DNA of 64,000 bases from Acetatifactor sp. (lineage in GTDB: Bacteria > Bacillota > Clostridia > Lachnospirales > Lachnospiraceae). Position 1 is the stretch's first letter. Each line of letters begins with the position of its first letter. Below the pieces are notes generated by a model, which was not told where the DNA came from, made no database searches, and worked only from the letters and a program-made list of their open reading frames with translations. A program made the translations under genes and the position numbers. The stretch spans positions 13,511 through 77,510 of the forward strand of contig JAZLEI010000021.1 of assembly GCA_045615205.1 (NCBI GenBank). The letters are read 5' to 3'. Of the stretch, positions 8,753 to 18,062 are shown one piece after another.

Positions 8753-10525
8753 ATGGAAAAGTGGTTGGTGGCTGCCAAAAAGGCGGATTTTAAAAAGTGG
8801 AGTGAGGAGTTTCGGATTGATCCGGTATTGGCACGTATTATTCGAAATCGTGACATTACAGAGGAAAACGAAGTACAGAAATTCCTCTATGGGACTCTGG
8901 CAGATTGTCATTCTCCCTGGCTACTTCATGGAATGGAACAGGGAATTACCATAACACAGGAAAAGATACAGAGTGGTGCATATATTCGTGTGATTGGAGA
9001 TTATGATGTGGATGGTATCTGTTCCTCCTATATTCTGACCAGTGGTTTAAAGGCACTGGGAGCGAAGGTGGACACAGCCATTCCTCATAGAATGAAAGAT
9101 GGATATGGCTTAAATGAGCATTTGATTTTGGAGGCTCATGAAGCCGGGGTAGACTGTATTATTACCTGCGACAATGGTATTGCAGCGAAGGAACAGGTAG
9201 CACAGGCCAATGAATTAGGGATGTGTGTGATTATTACAGATCATCATGAGGTACCTTTTGAGGAAAAAGAAGGAAAAAGACAGGAAATCATGCCGGATGC
9301 GGATGTGATTATAGACCCGAAGCAGGAGAGCTGTTCCTATCCTTTTAAGAATATCTGTGGAGCGGTAGTTGCGTATAAATTCATACAGGCATTGTGTGAA
9401 AAAACTGCTTATGACGATGTACAGAAGCTGTTGGAGGAGTTGTTACCTTTTGCGGCAATGGCCACTGTATGTGATGTGATGGAGCTAAAGGATGAGAACC
9501 GCATCATCGTAAAAGAAGGTCTGAAGCTGATGCAGAGCTCCTCGAATTATGGTTTGAAAGCATTATTTGAGGTGAATGAGTTAAATGCTGCAACAGCCAG
9601 TGCCTATCATTTGGGTTTTGTAATCGGACCCTGTCTGAATGCAACAGGACGTTTGGATACTGCCCTACGGGCATTGGAGCTGTTACAGAGTACTTCTAAA
9701 GCAGAGGCTATGACAGCTGCAACGCAGCTGAAGGAGTTAAATGAAAGTCGTAAGAATATGACCTTGCAAGGGGTGGAGGAGGCTTTGGAACAAATTCGTC
9801 AGGAAGAACTGGATAAGTCCTCTGTTATGGTGGTGTATCTGCCTACAGTACATGAAAGTCTGGCAGGTATTATAGCAGGGCGTATTCGGGAGAAATACCA
9901 TCATCCGGTTTTTGTTCTGACGGATGGGGAAGAAGGAATTAAAGGTTCCGGTCGTTCCATTGATGCCTATCATATGTATGATTCCATGGTGAAGAACAAG
10001 GAGTTTTTCAGTAAATTCGGCGGACATAAGCTGGCAGCAGGATTGTCCTTGAAAGATAATGATGTAGCGGCTTTTCGGAAGGCATTAAATGAAAAGGCAA
10101 AGCTTCAAGAAGAGGATTTCATCCCACAGATACATATCGATGTGCCAATGCCTATGGAATATGCTTCTTTGCAGTTAGCTAAGGAAATCGCACTGTTGGA
10201 ACCCTTTGGGGTAGGAAATCCTAAGCCTTTGTTTGCACAGAAAGGGATTCGTCTGATAGGTGCCAGAAGAATTGGTGCCAATGGGAATTATGCGAAGTTT
10301 CTGGTGGAAATCCCGGCAGAAGGATATGAAAAAACAGCAGATTTGATGTACTTTGGGGATGTGGATACTTTTTGTGGCTTTTTGGATGAGAAGTATGGTG
10401 CAGGCAGCGCAGAAAGTCTGTTTCACGGAAAAGGAAGTTATCAGATATCAGCAACCTATCAGATAGGAATCAATGTTTATCGTGGCAGAGAAAGCCTGCA
10501 GTTTATTATGCAGAATTATTGTTAA
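8753..10525 (+). CDS. recJ: Single-stranded-DNA-specific exonuclease RecJ
   Basis: DHH-family motifs DYDVDG, ITCDNG, ITDHHE and DHHA1-type FGGHKLAAG. Confidence 0.9.
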   Translation: MEKWLVAAKKADFKKWSEEFRIDPVLARIIRNRDITEENEVQKFLYGTLADCHSPWLLHGMEQGITITQEKIQSGAYIRVIGDYDVDGICSSYILTSGLKALGAKVDTAIPHRMKDGYGLNEHLILEAHEAGVDCIITCDNGIAAKEQVAQANELGMCVIITDHHEVPFEEKEGKRQEIMPDADVIIDPKQESCSYPFKNICGAVVAYKFIQALCEKTAYDDVQKLLEELLPFAAMATVCDVMELKDENRIIVKEGLKLMQSSSNYGLKALFEVNELNAATASAYHLGFVIGPCLNATGRLDTALRALELLQSTSKAEAMTAATQLKELNESRKNMTLQGVEEALEQIRQEELDKSSVMVVYLPTVHESLAGIIAGRIREKYHHPVFVLTDGEEGIKGSGRSIDAYHMYDSMVKNKEFFSKFGGHKLAAGLSLKDNDVAAFRKALNEKAKLQEEDFIPQIHIDVPMPMEYASLQLAKEIALLEPFGVGNPKPLFAQKGIRLIGARRIGANGNYAKFLVEIPAEGYEKTADLMYFGDVDTFCGFLDEKYGAGSAESLFHGKGSYQISATYQIGINVYRGRESLQFIMQNYC

Positions 10526-10537
10526 GAGGTGAAAGGG

Positions 10538-11452
10538 ATGATTTTGACAGTTACATTGAACCCGGCAGTGGATAAAACCTGTTCCATACAGGAATTGCTT
10601 TTGGGGCAAGTGAATCGCTTGAAGCATACGCAGAGCATTGCCGGCGGTAAGGGCGTGAATGTAACAAGGGTATTACGACAGTTTGATTATCCGGTAACAG
10701 CTATGGGATTTTTGGGTGGATATAGCGGTAAAATGATTGAAGATACCCTGAAGAATATGGGAGTAAATTGTTGTTTCACATGGATAGGACAGGAAACTCG
10801 AGTGAGTACCAATATACTGGCAGCAGATGGCTGTGTTACGGAAATTTTAGAACCCGGACCAAGGATTTCCGAAGAGGAGTTGAAGTCCTTTTTGGCGGAA
10901 TACAGAAAACAATTGTCCTTTTGTGAATGGATTGTAATATCCGGAAGTATTCCTACAGGAGTTCCGGCGGATATTTATTTGATTATGATACGGATAGCAA
11001 ATGAACAGGGTAAAAAGGTGCTGTTGGATACCTCAGGAGAGAGTTTGCGTCTGGCGGTGGAGGCAGGTCCTTATCTGGTGAAGCCGAATCAAAAAGAACT
11101 GGAAAACTTAGTGGGAAGAAAATTGGAAACCATGGAAGAAATACAGGCACAAGCAGAGAGACTGTTGAAAAATGGAATAGAAAAGGTAGTAGTTTCTCTG
11201 GGACAAAAGGGACTTTTGTATGCGGATGCCTTAGGCACTATATTACAAAAGGCTTATCCGGTGACTGCTGTGAATACGGTAGCTTGTGGGGACACGGTAG
11301 TGGCATCCTATTGTATGAGTGAAATATCCGGTATCAGTAGAGAAATAGCGGTTCGAAATGCCGTAGCCATGGCAGCGGCAAATGCTACCACAGAAGTGAG
11401 TGCCCACATTCCAATAGAGGTTTATGAGGAAATGAAAGAAAAGGTTTTCTAA
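10538..11452 (+). CDS. PfkB-family hexose-phosphate kinase (1-phosphofructokinase/tagatose-6-P kinase type)
   Basis: N-terminal TLNPAVD, GGKGVNV and C-terminal GDTVVA motifs. Start moved from GTG 10529 to ATG 10538. Confidence 0.8.
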   Translation: MILTVTLNPAVDKTCSIQELLLGQVNRLKHTQSIAGGKGVNVTRVLRQFDYPVTAMGFLGGYSGKMIEDTLKNMGVNCCFTWIGQETRVSTNILAADGCVTEILEPGPRISEEELKSFLAEYRKQLSFCEWIVISGSIPTGVPADIYLIMIRIANEQGKKVLLDTSGESLRLAVEAGPYLVKPNQKELENLVGRKLETMEEIQAQAERLLKNGIEKVVVSLGQKGLLYADALGTILQKAYPVTAVNTVACGDTVVASYCMSEISGISREIAVRNAVAMAAANATTEVSAHIPIEVYEEMKEKVF

Positions 11453-11472
11453 AATTAATAGTTTTCTCATAG

Positions 11473-11493
11473 TTTGGACACAATTTGGACACA
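11473..11493 (+). repeat. Tandem direct repeat TTTGGACACA x2 (11-nt period)
   Basis: Identical 10-mers at 11473-11482 and 11484-11493 in the PfkB-murE intergenic region. Confidence 0.8.
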
Positions 11494-11560
11494 TTTTCCG
11501 TGTATGATATATCACAGATAGTTAATTAAACTATCTCCCCCCCTCATAAGAAAATCACGA

Positions 11561-11588
11561 GAAGGCTCCGATGTATGTCGGAGCCTTC
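11561..11588 (+). terminator. Hairpin terminator in the PfkB-murE spacer
   Basis: 10-bp perfect stem GAAGGCTCCG / CGGAGCCTTC with an 8-nt loop, followed by TTGTGGT (weak U-tract). Confidence 0.55.
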
Positions 11589-11725
11589 TTGTGGTATGTG
11601 GAAGAATTCTGCAGTTTTTGCAATGGATTATAGCAGAAAATACATTTACATATGGAGAAGGATAATTTATAGTAGTATTAGGAGTTTTGCATAATAGTGA
11701 TTGCAAGCGAAAGGATAGAGAAGCT

Positions 11726-13189
11726 ATGATAGAACTAAAAATGTTATTGGAAAGAATAGAATATGAATGCATTCAGGGAAGTATTGAGGTTGAGGTATCT
11801 GAGGTGGTTTATGACTCAAGAAAGGTCAGTGAAGATTGCCTGTTTTTATGTATAGAAGGTGCGAATTTTGATGGACATGATTATGCATTAGAGGTGGCAA
11901 AAAAGGCTCGTGTGCTGGTGGTATCAAAAGAGGTTCCCGGATTGGAACAGTCGGATGTCACTGTTATCAAGGTGGAAAATACCAGATATGCCATGGCTTT
12001 TATTTCTGCGGCATATTTTGGCTATCCTGCAGAAAAGCTGAAGGTTATCGGGGTGACCGGTACCAAAGGAAAGACTACAACTACCTATCTGGTAAAATCT
12101 ATTTTAGAGAATGCCGGCTACAAGGTAGGTTTGGTAGGAACCATTGAGGTAATTATTGGAGAAGAGCATATTCATGCAGTGAATACCACGCCGGAGTCTT
12201 ATGTGTTGCAGTCTTACTTTGCACAAATGGTGGAGGCAGGATTGGATGCTGTAGTAATGGAGGTTTCTTCACAAGGGTTGATGTTACATCGTACCCAGGG
12301 CTTTGTGTTTGACTTTGGTATCTTTACGAATCTGGAGCCGGATCACATCGGTCCGAATGAGCATGAGAGCTTTGAGGATTATATGCGTTGTAAGGGATTG
12401 CTGTTCCGTCAATGTAAAGTGGGTATTGTAAACAGTGATGATTCTCACTGGGAGCAGGTAGTGGCAGGGCATACCTGTCAGTTGGAGCGTTTCGGCATGA
12501 ATGAAACGTCAGATTTACGGGCAGAGAATTTGCAACTGGTACGCAAACCGGGCATACTGGGAGTTTCCTTTGCTGTAAAGGGATTATTAGACTTTGAAGT
12601 AGAGGTCAGTACACCGGGACGCTTTAGCGTATATAATGCACTGACGGCGATTGCTATATGCAGACATTTTCAGGTACAGACAGAGGATATTAGGAAGGCA
12701 CTGAGTGAAGCCAAGGTAAAAGGTCGTATTGAGCCGGTAAAGGTATCTGATGAGTTTACCCTGTTAATTGATTATGCACACAATGCCATGAGTTTGGAGA
12801 GTCTTTTGAGTACCTTAAAGGAATATCAGCCTCATCGCTTGGTATGTTTGTTTGGATGCGGCGGCAATCGTTCTAAGTTGCGCCGTTATGAGATGGGAGA
12901 AATTAGCGGGAAGCTGGCTGATTTGACCATTATTACCTCGGATAATCCCAGATTCGAGGAACCGCAGGATATTATTGAAGATATCAAAATTGGTATTGGT
13001 AAGACAAAAGGCCGTTATGTAGAAATTTGTGACCGAAAGGAAGCAATTCGTTATGCCATTGAAAAGGGAGAAGTAGGAGATATTATCGTTCTGGCCGGTA
13101 AGGGACATGAGGATTATCAGGAGATTAAGGGCGTGAAATACCCTATGGATGAGAGAGATTTAATCGCAGATATTCTGGCAGGACGATAA
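11726..13189 (+). CDS. murE: UDP-N-acetylmuramoyl-L-alanyl-D-glutamate--2,6-diaminopimelate ligase
   Basis: Mur-ligase P-loop GVTGTKGKTTT, DAP-type DNPR motif (ITSDNPRFE) and GKGHE. Start at ATG 11726 with AAGGA upstream. Confidence 0.9.
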   Translation: MIELKMLLERIEYECIQGSIEVEVSEVVYDSRKVSEDCLFLCIEGANFDGHDYALEVAKKARVLVVSKEVPGLEQSDVTVIKVENTRYAMAFISAAYFGYPAEKLKVIGVTGTKGKTTTTYLVKSILENAGYKVGLVGTIEVIIGEEHIHAVNTTPESYVLQSYFAQMVEAGLDAVVMEVSSQGLMLHRTQGFVFDFGIFTNLEPDHIGPNEHESFEDYMRCKGLLFRQCKVGIVNSDDSHWEQVVAGHTCQLERFGMNETSDLRAENLQLVRKPGILGVSFAVKGLLDFEVEVSTPGRFSVYNALTAIAICRHFQVQTEDIRKALSEAKVKGRIEPVKVSDEFTLLIDYAHNAMSLESLLSTLKEYQPHRLVCLFGCGGNRSKLRRYEMGEISGKLADLTIITSDNPRFEEPQDIIEDIKIGIGKTKGRYVEICDRKEAIRYAIEKGEVGDIIVLAGKGHEDYQEIKGVKYPMDERDLIADILAGR

Positions 13190-13301
13190 TGTAAAGATAG
13201 AAGGCATTAGCAACGTGGTTTGTCAGGCAAATTGTATAGAGGAATGAAATGTGGAGGGGAGGCAGCTGAGTGAATGCTGCCTGCGAAGAGGAGTAAAACA
13301 T

Positions 13302-15575
13302 TTGAAGGAACGATATGCAGATATAATCGTAAATATATCTCACGAAAACGTAGACCGGGCTTTTCAGTATGTGCTACCGGAAAGACTGTGGGATGTGGTA
13401 GAAGTAGGTAGTTGTGTCCAAATACCCTTTGGAGCAGGAAATCGTCTCATAAAAGGTTATGTAGTCGGTATTGGGGAGAAGTGCAATTACGACAGAGAGA
13501 AGCTCAAGGAAGTGCATTCTCTGGTAGAAGCGGGGGTGGGTGTGGAAAATGCCCAGATGGCACTGGCAGCATGGATACGCAGGAATTATGGCGGAACCAT
13601 GATACAGGCATTGAAAACTGTATTGCCGGTGAAAAAAACAGTAAAATCCATAGAACATAAAAAGGTGCTTCTTTCCGCCAGTCGGGAAGAAGCTATTGCT
13701 GTGCTTGGAGAAAGCCAGAGAAAGAAGAATGGAGCTGCCCGTGCCAGATTACTGCAGGAGTTGTTAAAGGAAGAGGAACTTCCTTATGAATTAATTACCG
13801 GAAAGTTGATGGTATCCGATGCCGTAGTAAAAGGACTGGTGAGGAACGGAATCATTCGAATAGAGAAAAGTACCGGATATCGAAACCCGGTTAAAAAAAT
13901 GGAAGCAGCTTTGGAACGGAAGAAGTTAAGTGAAGAGCAGGAAGGGATTGTGAGAGACTTTCTGGCAGATTATGATCAGGATATCCGTCAGACCTATTTG
14001 CTTCATGGAATTACGGGAAGTGGTAAGACGGAAGTGTATATTCGTCTGATAGAGGAAGTGGTGGACAGAGGGAAGCAGGCAATCGTACTGATACCGGAAA
14101 TTGCCCTGACTTATCAGACACTGATGCGTTTTTATAGGCATTTTGGGGAACGGGTGAGTGTGTTGAATTCTGCCCTGTCAGCCGGAGAGAAATATGATCA
14201 GTGTGAAAGAGCTAAGCATGGTGAAATAGATGTAATCATCGGTCCCCGTTCTGCATTGTTTACCCCGTTTCCCAAGTTGGGGTTGATTGTGATGGATGAG
14301 GAACATGAGAGCAGCTACAAGAGTGAAGGTACGCCAAAGTATCATGCCAGAGAAACGGCACAGGCTTTGGCAAAAATGCAGCATGCCAGTATTGTATTGG
14401 GTTCAGCCACACCTTCCATGGAAGCATACTATAGAGCTGAAAAGAAGGAATATCAGTTGTTTCGTCTGACGGAAAGACTGACGGGTGGTACCTTGCCTAC
14501 GGTATATACTGTAGATTTGAGGGAAGAATTAAAGCAGGGAAATCGTACCATATTTAGTCGGAAATTACAGGAATTGTTAGAAGACAGGTTGAAAAAGGGA
14601 CAACAGAGTATGCTCTTTATCAATCGTAGGGGGCTGGCAGGATTTGTATCCTGTAGAGCCTGTGGTCATGTCATGAAATGTCCGCACTGTGATGTGTCTC
14701 TGTCAGAGCATCAGGGAGGCAGACTGGTTTGTCACTACTGCGGATATGAAATGGTCAAGGTAACCAATTGTCCGGAATGTGGTTCCAAATACATTTCCGG
14801 CTTCCGTGCAGGAACCCAACAGATAGAGGAAAAGTTAAGAGAGTTGTATCCTCAAATGCGTATTTTGCGTATGGATGCAGACACTACAAAAACCAAGGAC
14901 AGCTATGAAAAGATACTGTCAGCCTTTGGAAATGGAGAGGCAGATGTGCTGGTAGGAACCCAGATGATTGTGAAGGGACATGATTTCCCCAGTGTGACTT
15001 TGGTGGGAGTGCTGGCAGCCGATATGTCCCTTTCTGTAGGAGACTATCGGGCAGCTGAGAGAACTTTCCAGTTGATTACTCAGGCAGCAGGACGTGCAGG
15101 GCGCGGAGAATTGCCCGGAGAAGTGGTGGTTCAGACTTATCAGCCAGAGCATTACGCTATTGTACATGCAGCCGCACAGGACTATCAGTCCTTTTATGAA
15201 GAGGAAATTTTGTATCGTGATCTGATGCAGTACCCTCCGGTGGCACATATGCTGGCAGTACAGGTTTATGCCATGGAGGAGAAAAAGGGTTCAGATATAG
15301 CTACTGTGCTGGCAGAGTACACCAAATCCGTGGCAGCAGCATGGGAACAGCAAAGAATGACACCAAAGAAGCTGACGGATAGCTTACAGGTAATCGGTCC
15401 TGCTCCTGCCGGTATCGGCAAAATAAACGATATCTATCGCTTTGTATTCTACATAAAGCATGGGGAATATGAGAAACTGATAGAGGTGAAGGACTTGTTA
15501 GAGCAAAAAAGCAAAATACTGGATTGTCATCAAATAAATATCCAGTTTGACTTTGACCCCATAAATACGTTATAA
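13302..15575 (+). CDS. priA: Primosomal protein N' (replication restart helicase PriA)
   Basis: Walker A GITGSGKT, MDEEHE box, zinc-binding clusters CRACGHVMKCPHC and CHYCG...CPECG. TTG 13302 chosen because GAGGAG lies 9 nt upstream; the ORF is open from 13251. Confidence 0.9.
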   Translation: MKERYADIIVNISHENVDRAFQYVLPERLWDVVEVGSCVQIPFGAGNRLIKGYVVGIGEKCNYDREKLKEVHSLVEAGVGVENAQMALAAWIRRNYGGTMIQALKTVLPVKKTVKSIEHKKVLLSASREEAIAVLGESQRKKNGAARARLLQELLKEEELPYELITGKLMVSDAVVKGLVRNGIIRIEKSTGYRNPVKKMEAALERKKLSEEQEGIVRDFLADYDQDIRQTYLLHGITGSGKTEVYIRLIEEVVDRGKQAIVLIPEIALTYQTLMRFYRHFGERVSVLNSALSAGEKYDQCERAKHGEIDVIIGPRSALFTPFPKLGLIVMDEEHESSYKSEGTPKYHARETAQALAKMQHASIVLGSATPSMEAYYRAEKKEYQLFRLTERLTGGTLPTVYTVDLREELKQGNRTIFSRKLQELLEDRLKKGQQSMLFINRRGLAGFVSCRACGHVMKCPHCDVSLSEHQGGRLVCHYCGYEMVKVTNCPECGSKYISGFRAGTQQIEEKLRELYPQMRILRMDADTTKTKDSYEKILSAFGNGEADVLVGTQMIVKGHDFPSVTLVGVLAADMSLSVGDYRAAERTFQLITQAAGRAGRGELPGEVVVQTYQPEHYAIVHAAAQDYQSFYEEEILYRDLMQYPPVAHMLAVQVYAMEEKKGSDIATVLAEYTKSVAAAWEQQRMTPKKLTDSLQVIGPAPAGIGKINDIYRFVFYIKHGEYEKLIEVKDLLEQKSKILDCHQINIQFDFDPINTL

Positions 15576-15588
15576 TGATATGATATCA

Positions 15589-15715
15589 TTCGGGACAGCA
15601 GAATAAAGAAAAAACAGACCGTGCAAGCTCGCTTGCTAAGGGCTGTGTTTTCTTTATTCTATTGTACGAAGTAACAAAGCTCGAAAAGCCGTAGGATTTT
15701 CGAGCCTGTCCCGAA
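15589..15715 (+). repeat. Nested inverted repeats predicting a three-way-junction RNA/DNA structure (unknown function)
   Basis: Outer 10-bp stem TTCGGGACAG (15589-15598) / CTGTCCCGAA (15706-15715). It encloses a long hairpin (15601-15659, 12-bp base GAATAAAGAAAA/TTTTCTTTATTC plus an apical GCAAGC/GCTTGC stem) and a 9-bp hairpin GCTCGAAAA/TTTTCGAGC (15679-15705). Confidence 0.6.
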
Positions 15716-15804
15716 GGGGTGCGGGGATACCCGAATGGGTGCGGGGAGAGCCCCAATAAACACAGTACAAAACATGGGAGAATAAATAATAAGGAGAAAA
15801 GAAA

Positions 15805-16293
15805 ATGGCACTTCGTAACATACGAGTAATGGGAGATGAAGTATTAACGAAAAAATGCAAAGAGGTAACGGAGATGACACCTCGTATCAAAATGCTGATA
15901 GAGGATATGCTGGATACCATGTATGATGCCAATGGTGTGGGTTTGGCTGCACCTCAGGTAGGCATTTTGAAACGTATTGTAGTGATTGATGTCCATGGGG
16001 ATGAACCCTATATCTTAATCAATCCGAAGATCATAGAAACCAGTGGAGAACAGGTGGGTCAGGAAGGTTGCCTGAGTGTACCCGGCAGATCCGGTCAGGT
16101 TACCAGACCTAACTATGTAAAGGCAGAAGCACTGGATGTGAATATGCAGCCCTTTGTATTAGAAGGAACAGAGCTTTTGGCAAGAGCTATCTGTCATGAG
16201 CTGGAGCATTTGGATGGACATCTCTATGTAGAAAAGGTAGAGGGTGAATTGCAGATTGTGAATTATGATGATGTGGAAGAAATCATTGACTAA
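15805..16293 (+). CDS. def: Peptide deformylase
   Basis: Motifs GVGLAAPQ, EGCLS and HELEH. Confidence 0.95.
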   Translation: MALRNIRVMGDEVLTKKCKEVTEMTPRIKMLIEDMLDTMYDANGVGLAAPQVGILKRIVVIDVHGDEPYILINPKIIETSGEQVGQEGCLSVPGRSGQVTRPNYVKAEALDVNMQPFVLEGTELLARAICHELEHLDGHLYVEKVEGELQIVNYDDVEEIID

Positions 16294-16335
16294 TACTTAA
16301 GGGATGGAGCATTTGGACAGAACGGAGGTATGTAG

Positions 16336-17274
16336 ATGAAAATAGTATTTATGGGTACTCCTGATTTTGCGGCAGGAGCCTTGGAAGCGTTGATAAAGGC
16401 AGGACATGAGATTACAGCAGTGGTAACCCAGCCGGATAAGGCAAAGGGAAGAAGCGGACAACTGCAATATCCACCGGTGAAGGAATGTGCAGTGGCACAT
16501 AATATTCCGGTCATGCAGCCGGTGAAAATCAAAACCCCGGAAGCAATCGCACAGCTGAAGCAGTATGAGGCAGATGTTTATGTAGTGGCGGCATTTGGGC
16601 AGATTTTGTCTCAGGAGATTTTGGATATACCTAAGTTTGGCAGCTTGAACATTCATGCTTCTTTACTTCCCAAATACAGAGGTGCTTCCCCTATACAGCA
16701 TGTCATTATCGACGGGGAAGAAGAAACCGGTGTAACCATTATGCAAATGGATGCAGGTGTGGATACCGGGGATATGCTTTACAAGAAGAGTATTGTCATT
16801 GAAGACAATGACACTTACGAAACCTTACATGATAAGCTCATGGTATTGGGAGGCGAAGCGATTGTGGAAGCATTGCCGCTCATAGAAGAGGGGATACTGA
16901 TACCTGAGAAGCAACAGGATGAGCAAAGCTGTCATGCGGGAATGATTCGTAAGGAAATGGGTAATATAGATTTTAACAGACCGGCTGTGGAAATTCACAG
17001 ATTAATCAGAGGTTTGACGCCTTGGCCATCTGCTTATACTTTTTATAAGGGAAAGCAAATGAAGGTCTGGGAGGTTACGATAGAGGACAGCACCGTAAAT
17101 GCTATACCGGGAACGGTAACAGAGGTGACAAAAAATACCATTAAGGTGGCCTGCAGTGAAGGACTGTTATGTATTATGAGTCTGCAGCTGGAAGGGAAAA
17201 AAAGAATGAGCACACATGATTTTCTATTGGGTGTTAAGATACAACCGGGAGAATGCTTTACCAAGGAGCGTTAA
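16336..17274 (+). CDS. fmt: Methionyl-tRNA formyltransferase
   Basis: Formyltransferase core (HASLLPKYRG) plus the Fmt C-terminal domain. Follows def. Confidence 0.95.
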   Translation: MKIVFMGTPDFAAGALEALIKAGHEITAVVTQPDKAKGRSGQLQYPPVKECAVAHNIPVMQPVKIKTPEAIAQLKQYEADVYVVAAFGQILSQEILDIPKFGSLNIHASLLPKYRGASPIQHVIIDGEEETGVTIMQMDAGVDTGDMLYKKSIVIEDNDTYETLHDKLMVLGGEAIVEALPLIEEGILIPEKQQDEQSCHAGMIRKEMGNIDFNRPAVEIHRLIRGLTPWPSAYTFYKGKQMKVWEVTIEDSTVNAIPGTVTEVTKNTIKVACSEGLLCIMSLQLEGKKRMSTHDFLLGVKIQPGECFTKER

Positions 17275-17308
17275 GAACGTTAAGAATAGAAAATGACGGA
17301 GGTGCTGC

Positions 17309-18037
17309 ATGAAGCAATTACTGATTGGTTATGGATATTATGGTTTTTATTTTGACTGGACTTATTTGCTGGTTTTATTGGGTGCTATCATCTGTATGAT
17401 GGCCAGTGCCAAGGTGAACAGTACCATGAGAAAGTATCACTTGGAGAAAAATGGAGCAGGCATTACCGGAGAGGAATGTGCCCGTCGAATTTTGAATAAT
17501 GAAGGTCTGTATAACGTAAAGGTAGAGTGTTTAAGCAGTAGTAGCGGAGACCATTATGACCCAAGAACCAATACCGTAAGGTTGTCTCAGGAAAATTATA
17601 ATCAGGCTACCATTACCGCAGTAGGAGTAGCGGCACATGAATGCGGACATGCCATACAGCATGCCAAAGGATATGCACCGCTATCTTGGCGTACTGCATT
17701 GGTACCGGTGGTAAATATCGGAAGCAGTTTAGGATTTCCTATTATTTTAATAGGTGTATTATTAAGCTGGAATCAAACCTTGATACAAATCGGAATTTGG
17801 GCCTTTTCCCTGTCAGTGCTGTTTCAATTGGTAACATTGCCGGTGGAATTCAATGCTTCGTCCAGGGCTGTTGCAAAGTTGGAACAGTTCGGAATACTAA
17901 CCACGCAGGAAAATCAAGGCTGTAAAAAGGTGTTGCGGGCAGCGGCATATACCTATGTGGCAGCAGCGGCAGCCTCTATATTACAATTATTACGTTTGAT
18001 ATTATTGTTTGGCGGTAACCGAAGAAGAAGGGATTAA
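17309..18037 (+). CDS. Membrane zinc metallopeptidase (Zn_peptidase_2-like)
   Basis: HExxH motif (AAHECGHAIQH) flanked by TM helices. Confidence 0.8.
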   Translation: MKQLLIGYGYYGFYFDWTYLLVLLGAIICMMASAKVNSTMRKYHLEKNGAGITGEECARRILNNEGLYNVKVECLSSSSGDHYDPRTNTVRLSQENYNQATITAVGVAAHECGHAIQHAKGYAPLSWRTALVPVVNIGSSLGFPIILIGVLLSWNQTLIQIGIWAFSLSVLFQLVTLPVEFNASSRAVAKLEQFGILTTQENQGCKKVLRAAAYTYVAAAAASILQLLRLILLFGGNRRRRD

Positions 18038-18062
18038 GGGACAGAAAGGCTGGATACTGTTT

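Noticed and set aside
13412-13660. Alternative-frame + strand ORFs inside annotated genes (13412..13660 in priA, 30818..31033, 35891..36262, 39212..39469, 17641..17925)
   Set aside because: They overlap frames that carry strong family motifs. They are Gly/Arg/Cys-rich, as is typical of off-frame translation, and have no independent start signals.
15576-15804. A ZTP, THF or other folate-linked riboswitch upstream of def-fmt
   Set aside because: This was tempting because Fmt uses 10-formyl-THF. However, I could not find the conserved cores I remember for those classes (for example the CCGCCTGGG-type pseudoknot segment of ZTP). It is reported only as an unclassified structured element.
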